A stretch of DNA of 64,000 nt, taken from NCBI RefSeq assembly GCF_009834535.1, contig NC_045705.1:62434001-62498000 (forward strand), read 5' to 3'. Each line of letters begins with the position of its first letter. The stretch's first letter is position 1. This stretch comes from Camelus ferus. Its lineage: Eukaryota. Under the pieces are notes generated by a model. That model saw only the letters and a list, made by a program, of their open reading frames with translations, was not told where the DNA came from and made no database searches. Made by a program: the position numbers and the translations under genes. Shown here piece by piece: positions 56,771 through 64,000 of the stretch.

Positions 56771-57234
56771 TGTAAAACAAGGAATGTCACTCACCATCCA
56801 GTTCCACAAGTCAATAAATCAAGCCACTGGCAGCTGCTGATATGCAATATACCCTGAAAGGAATTCAGAATGAACAGGATAAATCACTCTGTGCTTTGGG
56901 AAAACGGGTAAAACGAGCCCTTAGATAATTATATATAACAGGAAACATTTTTATGAACACTGATTCTTTCATCTTCCCATACTTAGAAAAGCACTAGGAT
57001 CATTAACTGAGATATCTGTTCCTCTTGACTAGCAGTAACCTTCTTCTGAGATGTATGCTGGATTGCTGATACTTCTTAGCCAAAATCACGGATATACCGG
57101 CCTCTCCCCCTACCTCTTCTGAGTAGTCCCTCAGAGCTATCTAAGAGGCTGTCTCTGGACTATAGTTCTCAGTAAGACACTGCACAAAACTCAATTCACA
57201 GCTCTTACGTAGTGTGTTTTTCTTTCAGTCAACA
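56771..57234 (+). mobile_element. ERV 3' LTR
   Basis: Preceded by the PPT; begins tgtaaaacaagg, ends gtcaaca. Confidence 0.85.
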
Positions 57235-57431
57235 TCTTGGAAGAAGGCAGAATTAGCAAACTGATAACAGCAGGGAGAAAAAAAAGGAGTTCTGTTTTAC
57301 AGTTTTGAGTTTCAGAAACTGTTTTAACATCAAGAGGGAGCTTGCTTATGGTACCCAATGGGATAAAGCATTTGGACAGCAACCATGTTTTTAAAATAAA
57401 TGTTCACTCTCCTCTCGTCATTGAATCTCTT

Positions 57432-57888
57432 GTTGTGCAGTGGAGTGGTATTTTTAGGACCTTCTAATACTTCATAGAGTCAAACAATAAAATTCAGTCT
57501 AGCAAATTTCCAAGATCTTATTGGCTATAAAAGATTCATCAATCAGGCAGCATCCCATCTCCAAAGGGCTACAGTAGGGAAAGGCTTTTAAGGCAGGACA
57601 TGGGACTGAGAAACAGAAAAAAAAGATTATTTCGGGCATAGGTAATCTATCTATGGGGAACATAAGGGGTCAGTGTATCAGATTATGTCATCTTCCTTTG
57701 GGGGCTAGAGAGAGCCCATATGACAGGTTGCCTCATTGGTGCTGACCAAAAAATCTCCTGACTGACTGATTAAGTCTACATTTCTAGGGGAGACTGAAAC
57801 TTCATTTAGGTTAGGTATTAAGCCCGGGTTTGAGGGCTTGTCCTAGCATAATTAACCCCATTTCAAACCTATGGTTTTCTTTTTAACA
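57432..57888. mobile_element. Solo LTR (family not assigned) upstream of TMEM109
   Basis: aacaataaaattcagtctagcaaattt..aagatcttattggc..aatcaggcagc..ttaggttaggtattaag..gttttctttttaaca. Confidence 0.55.
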
Positions 57889-58236
57889 ACATTGAAGTTG
57901 AAACAAGAATATCCAGAGAGATGAAGTGATTTGCCTAGAATCACAAAGCAGGCAAAAAAAAAATCACTTCATTCCAAATCTGTTGTTCAAATGTCCTTCA
58001 TAACGCCGCCTTTTTGCTACAAATGGGCTCTGGGAGTTGGTACCTTTATTTCTCTAAAACTGAGAGAACATTTGGGAGCCATCTGCAGGGTTTGAATGTA
58101 GAAATGCCCTCAGAGGGAGAGGATGCATTTTCTCACTTTTGCGCCTCTTACTGCTTTTCTAACAACCTTTCCCTTTGTGCCTTTTTAGCGCGAAAAGTTT
58201 CTCAGAACAGGTGCATTCAGGAGCCTCTCCCTTAGA

Positions 58237-59250
58237 ACTACATTTCCCACAATGCCTCAGGAGAGACCACATAGCTGAGAACTACATTGCCCGAAATGCC
58301 AAGGGTTTTTTTTTTTTTTTTTAGAGGCAGATAAGCTTCCCCTCTGAATTCAAAGATCCAGTTTGCCCAGATATAGTCACTTCTTTCCTTTTTCCTGCCA
58401 GAAAATTCCGTTCCCAGCTCGAACTTCGACCCCATTCTCTGGATGGGAACGCATGGGGCAAAACATAGTCCTAGAATAGGGCGCATGCGCTGACCGGCAC
58501 CAGGCTTGGGCCCGAAGGGAGGCAGGCAGGTCCCCGGGCTCATCCCGCCTTGCGCGTGCGCAGACGATACACCAACGCCCCAGTGTGGAGGCGCGGGTTT
58601 AGTGGCGCGTTTTAGTGAAGTCGCACGTGAAGGGCAGCGGGGGCCGTAGCCCGGTGAGTGCGAGCCGAGACCAGGACTCGAGGTCAGCATGCGGGACCGG
58701 GAGGTGACAGCCGCTGCAGGCGGGAGCAGGGCGGAACCGGGAGGCCTGGCGAGCAGCAGTGGGGAGGGGTCCGACGTCGCGCGGTGGGGGAAACCAACTG
58801 GGGATCCTGCTCACCGTTGCTAAGCAACAGGGGGCGTCGTTACTAGGTAACACGGGAGGCACGCGTTTCCGGGGAGAAGAGCGTTCCGATAGCTGCTCCG
58901 AGGTCCGGCCGAGACCTGGCGGCTGTCAGGCTGGGGGACGAGGCTAGTGCTGAGCCCCTCACCCCTGACTCTTGCCTACGGCCTAGCATCCCACGGCCTC
59001 GCTCCGAGCCCTTTGGGATACTCCCAACCCCCGGGCCGCAGCGCGTCCCTTGCCGGCGACGCCACAAAGCAGGGCTTGGCAGGGGACACGCTGTTCGAAA
59101 TAGCACATACATGCCACTGACACCCTGTCTCAGAGAGACTGGGTCCTGGAGAGGGCGCGGTGCGCCTGGGAAGCTGCCCCTTTGCCTGTCGCCCTGCCCC
59201 CAAACAGTTGCCGGGCAGCAGCTGTCCGGGGCTTAGCGGGGGCTGCCCTC
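58237..59250 (+). promoter_or_regulatory. TMEM109 CpG-island promoter / first intron: ACTACATTTCCCACAATGCC (58237-58256), second copy (58281-58300), NRF1 GCGCATGCGC (58481-58490), tandem X-boxes (58816-58851)
   Basis: CpG-rich; motifs read directly. Confidence 0.72.
58580..58653 (+). other. TMEM109: TMEM109 non-coding exon 1 (5' boundary approximate)
   Basis: Strong donor CCG|GTGAGT at 58654 inside the CpG island; no in-frame ATG; human gene has a non-coding exon 1. Confidence 0.6.
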
Positions 59251-60676
59251 ACCTGCCAGGACGCTGACTTCATTCTCAGTGGCAGCTTCGCCCGGTCTAG
59301 GAGCTTCCTTTCAACTCAGCTGTGCTTTTCGGTGGCCGCTACATATTTGGATCAACTTAAAAATAGCCTCCTCTCCGCATCTCTCCATGGCTCTGCATTG
59401 CTACCGTCACCGCTTCTTGGCGGGCTTCTAATACTCACTTATTAGTCATTGTTCTGTGCTAGGCGCTGGGCTTCCAAGAAAAGTTAGCTGTGAAGTCTGA
59501 AGGGGAGGAGGTACTCAAAGTAATGGCGGAAGCAGGCATATAAACTGCTAAATTATGCGACAGTGTAATAAGAGATATCTTGGCAATTTGTGTACTGCAA
59601 TGCTTCTGTAGATGTTTACAGAGTTCTTGCAGAAACATGTTAACTCCTTGCAATAACTCTTAACCTCGCTTGACCCCGTTTTACATTCGAGGAGACGAAA
59701 ACTCAGGTTAAGTAATAGGCATAAGGTAGTGCTTGTAGTGTGTGACAGAGATGAGCCTGGGACAGAAGGAAGTCTAGAGTCCTTTGTGCACTGCTACACT
59801 TTGGGGGTTTTGCCTACAGTAGACTTCCGTGCTGCTGATCATTTGTGGCAGTTGTCTGGTTATGCATCAGAAATCTCTGAGGAGCTCTAGAAACCAAAGC
59901 CTGAACCCATCTATGGGAGAGTATGAGTAAGGCAGCCCCGCAAGGAGGCAGACACCTTTGCTTGAAAAGACTCTACAGGCTGAGAACCGGTGCTCCCTAG
60001 GGACAGCTCCAGCAATGATGGAGAAATCAGGGCCGGCAGAGGGCACTAAGTCAGCTGCCCTTCCTGCCATGTAGTGATTCATAGTGTGGAAGGAAGCTAA
60101 TGGGAGGAAGAAGACTTGGCAGGGGATGTGTGGACCGCCACACCCTGCCTGCCCTCAGCAAACCACAGCTAAACATATGCTGCCTTCTCATACCGTAGTT
60201 CAGTGAAGCAGTTTCCTCAGCTCAGCAGGGTTCTCCTGGCCCTGCCTGAGCCATATTGCAGCTGTCTGAACAGAAGTGGCAGGTCTAGTCCCATATTTTT
60301 GCTGGCCTCATACGTCTTGGTGCAAACCCATGACGTGTAAGCCCAGCAGGTGTTTCATCCTCTGGGGTGTGATCCCGTTGCAGGGTCTAGGTGTTCTCTC
60401 ACTTTGAGTTGGTTGACTTGGAGCAGGACTTTAAGCACCTCGAGGACAGGGACCATATCTTACTAAGGCAGTGTGAGGATGTGGAACGAACCACAGGGTA
60501 AGGTTTAGATCCTGGCTTCTGGAGTCAAGTCCCAGTTCTGCTGTGTGAACCTAAACAAGTCACTTGATCTCTGAGCCATAGTTTTCTGAGCAATATGTGT
60601 AGAGTAGCAGGACCTTATAAGATTGTTATAAGAGTTAAATGCAGTGGTGAGATAACAAGCACTTAATTATAAAACA

Positions 60677-60720
60677 ACACACACTATACATACCACACAC
60701 ACTATACATACCACACACAC
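60677..60720 (+). repeat. 18-bp tandem duplication (acacacactatacatacc x2.4)
   Basis: Read directly. Confidence 0.9.
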
Positions 60721-63150
60721 AGTTTATCATGGTTGTGTGCCTCCTGTTTGGCTGCGGTCTAGCATTACAGGAGATGAAGATGGTTAAGACATACTTCTGC
60801 TCAGAGCTCAAGACTGCTTCAGCTCTTGACTGCCATGGCTTCTCTTTATTCCAAGTATTTGATTGGGCCAAAGTGAGGAGGCATCATGGCCATGGGTCAG
60901 ATTCTTGCTGAAGAAGAAAGGAGAAGGAATGCTGTGAACGCAGTCTGAAGAAGGGGACCAGACAGCTATCTGCACTCTTACATGCAAATGGCCCACTCCA
61001 GACTCCTGTTCGATTTGGTTTCTGGTACCCTTCAGAAGGTCAGCTGGCGGGGCAATGCCAGCCTCATCGTGGAGTTTATTTCATGGTCCTCCAGCTCCTT
61101 TCAGCTGGAACATAGGGACGCCTGAAAGTTGAGGATGGCACAGAACCCAGGAGGCTGCCATGGAGGGAGCAGCTCACATCATCCTGACCTTCTAGAACTG
61201 AGGAGATGACATCTGATCCCTCCTGGTGGAGGCCCTTGGATATAGAATCCAACCCAGGATAGCAGCCCTGTTCTTTCAGTCCGCAGTCATGACCCAGATA
61301 GACCAGGAACTGACCTGAGTGATCCTCATCTCCGACCACTGGTGGCAGGGACCGTCTGTTTCCTGATTTGTGCCAAGAAGAATAGAAGGCTTCCCCGTTT
61401 GAGGTTGTTGTATATGAACTGCATGTTTGGCAGCCCTGCTTGATCCTCCAGGTCTCAGGAGGGACTTACAGCAGCTGTTTCTGGGCCAAAAGTTGCCCTG
61501 AAAGTGATATTTTTATAACCTCTTCTTGGACCCTCCTCCTTCCCACTAAACAAGAATGAGAATATCTTCTCTTCCATCTCGTCCATCCTGACAGCTCCAG
61601 ATTTCTGGCCAACTCCCTGAGTGCCCTGGTAACTGCACAAACTTCGAAAACCTGGTTGCTTCTGCCTCGGGGGCATGGCCTAGCCTCTGCTCATCAGGGC
61701 TGAATCATGGAAACTCCCTGGAGCCACAGGTTCATTTCTGAGCCTGGAAGAGAACAGGGGATTTGCTGGTAGGGTTTGACTTTTCTCAAGCATGGTGGCA
61801 AGTAGAAGTTGGAACTGAAAACGTTTTTCTTGGCTGCATCCACACATATTTCAATGAGTTGGTACTTGTTGGGTCTTAACCTGCCTATAGCATCACGTTA
61901 CAGACGAGATCAGAGCACAAAATACAAAGTGGCTAAGTGAATTGTCACCAGTAATTCATAGAGTTGACTGGTAGATGCCAAGACTATTTTACTACTTTGG
62001 CTCATGAATAAGCCTATTGTTTGACTTTCCAAATCACTTCTGAGACTTAAGTTGGAGAGGATACAGCACGGTGGTGTGTGTGAGGGGATCTGATGTCAGA
62101 TGCCCCTGGATTCAAATCCTGGCTTCCCCACTAACTACTTATCCTTCCTCGGTTTCTTCATCAGTGAAGAGGGGGATAATAACAGTACCTACCTGCTGGG
62201 TTGTTGTTGGATTAAATGTAATTGGTGGTGCATGGTTAACTTTTTATTAATCATAATATCTTGACTTCGGAGTTGTGCTTTCACTCTGCCTACGTTGGGG
62301 GCTGGGGAGTTGAGGTCATTCTGTGTCAGGGGGGTTCAACTTTGCCCAGTGGAATCCCTTGGGGAGCCTTTGCAGATCTAGGATCAGGCCACACCAGACG
62401 GTGACATCAGAACCTCTGGGCTTGGGACAGAGGCCTCAGTACTTGGTGTAGCTTCCAGGTGATTCCAGTGAGCAACTGCAGTTGACACCCGCTGTGTTAC
62501 CTTCACCACCGGTGAGTGTGCGATTTGGAAGCAGAACCTTAGGTTCAAATCCTGGCCTTTCTACTTAGCCCAGCAACCTTGGGCAAATGCTTAACTCCTA
62601 AGTCTCAGCTTCTTCTCCTCTGTATTGGTAGTGGCAGGAGGCTAACACCCACCTCACATGAGAGCGGATGGCCTGTGTGCAGTATGTTCTTATTTGAGCA
62701 TGTAACTGATCACTTTTCCTTATGTCATTTATTTGTGTGCTGTTTTTCAATTTTTTGAAAAAATCAGCTTTATCTTCAGTAGTCTGTAATCTCCTTGGGA
62801 ACAGAACCTTATGGTCTTTTTTTTTTTTTAATGCCCAAAGCACCTAAGATGCAGAGATAGGCCTTCAGAGTTTAGAACTGGAATAAGCCTTAGAGAGATC
62901 TTGTCATCCACTTAAGGCCCGGAATGATACTTGCTGGTTAATTAATATGCAGGTGGTAAAGAATGTGAAAGAGGAACCTGTGAATCAGATCGTTGTGCCC
63001 AGCTTAAGTCGAAAGTCCCAGTTCTGCCTTTCTCAGCGAACAGGGTGGGGTGGAGGAGGGAGATGGGGCATGTCATGCCTGGGACAGTGGGTGTCTCTGC
63101 TCATTCGGGCTCTCTGCTCACCCTGAGCTTCTCTCCCGGCAGACCCAGCC

Positions 63151-63387
63151 ATGGCAGGCACAGGGAGCAGTTTGCCATGGGGCAAGCATCTGTTCAAAGT
63201 CATCCTGGTGGTCCTCGTGGCCTTCCTCCTCCTCCACTCAGCATCATCCCAGTCCCATCGAGACTTTGTGTCATCAGACCAGCAGAAGAGGGAGGTCCCA
63301 GTTGATCTCCTGAGCCAGATAGGTCGATCTGTGCGGGGAACACTGGATGCCTGGATTGGCCCAGAAACCACCCACCTGATTTCTGAG
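63151..63387 (+). CDS. TMEM109: Transmembrane protein 109 (mitsugumin-23), first coding exon (exon 2, starts 63143); gene continues beyond window
   Basis: ggcag|acccagccATG; MAGTGSSLPWGKHLFKVILVVLVAFLLLHSASSQSHRDF..QKREVPVDLLSQIGRSVRGTLDAWIGPETTHLISE|gtaagg; 237 nt, phase 0. Confidence 0.95.
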
Positions 63388-64000
63388 GTAAGGAAGGCAT
63401 TCCCTGCCGTGATTCCATGAACTGAGGAAAGAGGAGATGTCCATGGCCGCTGTCTTGGCTCCACATCCTCTGTGTGTCGTAATCCCTGGGGCAGAGAGCC
63501 CCAGATTCCACAGGATGAAGCCAGACAGTTCCTGCCTTTTGCACTCCCTTTGTTTGATTCCTACCCAATGGCCTTTAGCTCCACCCCCAGTTTTCCCTTT
63601 TTCCTGCCCTTCCCTGCCAGAAAGGCTAGGAAATGAGCCATCTTTATAAACCTGTGTCACGGGTGACTGCAGAGTGTGACTTTGGTCTAAATCTGACCCG
63701 AAATCTAAAATTGGCAAACTGGCAAGACCTGAGTCCATTCCTTCACCTGGAGAGGTCGGGGTGGGGATGACACAGGGCCTTAAGGCAGGGCTGTCTCTTC
63801 CACCTAATGGATCCCAAGCTTGTCACATACCTTTGATAGGTCGTACTAAACAAGTCACTTGTAAAATCTGTAATACAGAAGAGCTGATTGTCTCCTTTTC
63901 CATGGAAAGATCCTAGCCCTTTACAGGTCTTACTTCACACACCTTCATGATTCCCTGGGAGAGTCGGAGTGCCCCAGTTTTATGGGGTGACTACTCCAGG

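Larger units (their letters stand above)
52768..57234 (+). mobile_element. Degenerate ERV1-class provirus with two LTRs (non-coding internal region), with nested L1 and SINE
   Basis: 5' LTR TG..CA 52768-53144; PBS tggtgaccatgaaaggac 53149-53166 (decayed tRNA-Arg type); integrase C-terminal remnant HDLQPGDYAYWKRHHLKDSLQP (55256-55400); PPT aagggggcag 56761-56770; 3' LTR 56771-57234; flanks tctg/tctt. Confidence 0.85.

Noticed and set aside
60780-61900. Unassigned TMEM109 intron 1 block with short minus-strand ORFs
   Set aside because: No recognisable protein, repeat or splice pattern in the frames I tried.
63045-63313. Overlapping ORFs starting upstream of the TMEM109 ATG
   Set aside because: Their starts are intronic, upstream of the acceptor at 63141-63142.
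1-64000. CRISPR arrays, rRNA, snoRNA/miRNA genes, prokaryotic or viral systems, a new protein-coding gene
   Set aside because: None seen: no regularly spaced repeat-spacer array or recognisable RNA gene; all convincing coding signal belongs to CCDC86, PTGDR2, ZP1, PRPF19, TMEM109 or ERV/L1 remnants.

Overview
Mammalian genomic DNA, most likely a camelid (alpaca/llama/camel). The evidence is three tRNA-Ala-derived SINEs of the camelid vic-1 type, artiodactyl-like L1 3' ends, and no Alu/B1/Bov/PRE SINEs noticed. The window is syntenic to human 11q12.2: CCDC86 (+, 4 exons, 360 aa); PTGDR2/CRTH2 (-, non-coding exon 1 plus single coding exon, 400 aa, 132 nt masked); a heavily decayed ZP1 unitary pseudogene (+, exons 4-12 recognisable, 5' part apparently deleted); PRPF19 (-, 16 exons, 504 aa); and the 5' part of TMEM109 (+, exons 1-2). 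A two-LTR ERV1-class provirus lies between the PRPF19 and TMEM109 promoters. MIR, L2, L1, MLT1, MER21, MER5 and MER2 repeats are abundant. I found no prokaryotic features and no new protein-coding system. The most interesting signals are the ZP1 lesions, a periodic four-site GATA array upstream of CCDC86, one L2 fragment apparently supplying the poly(A) signals of both convergent genes CCDC86 and PTGDR2, CTCF and RFX motifs, and N-runs whose lengths equal the missing sequence. Homology calls come from recalled sequences; no searches were run.
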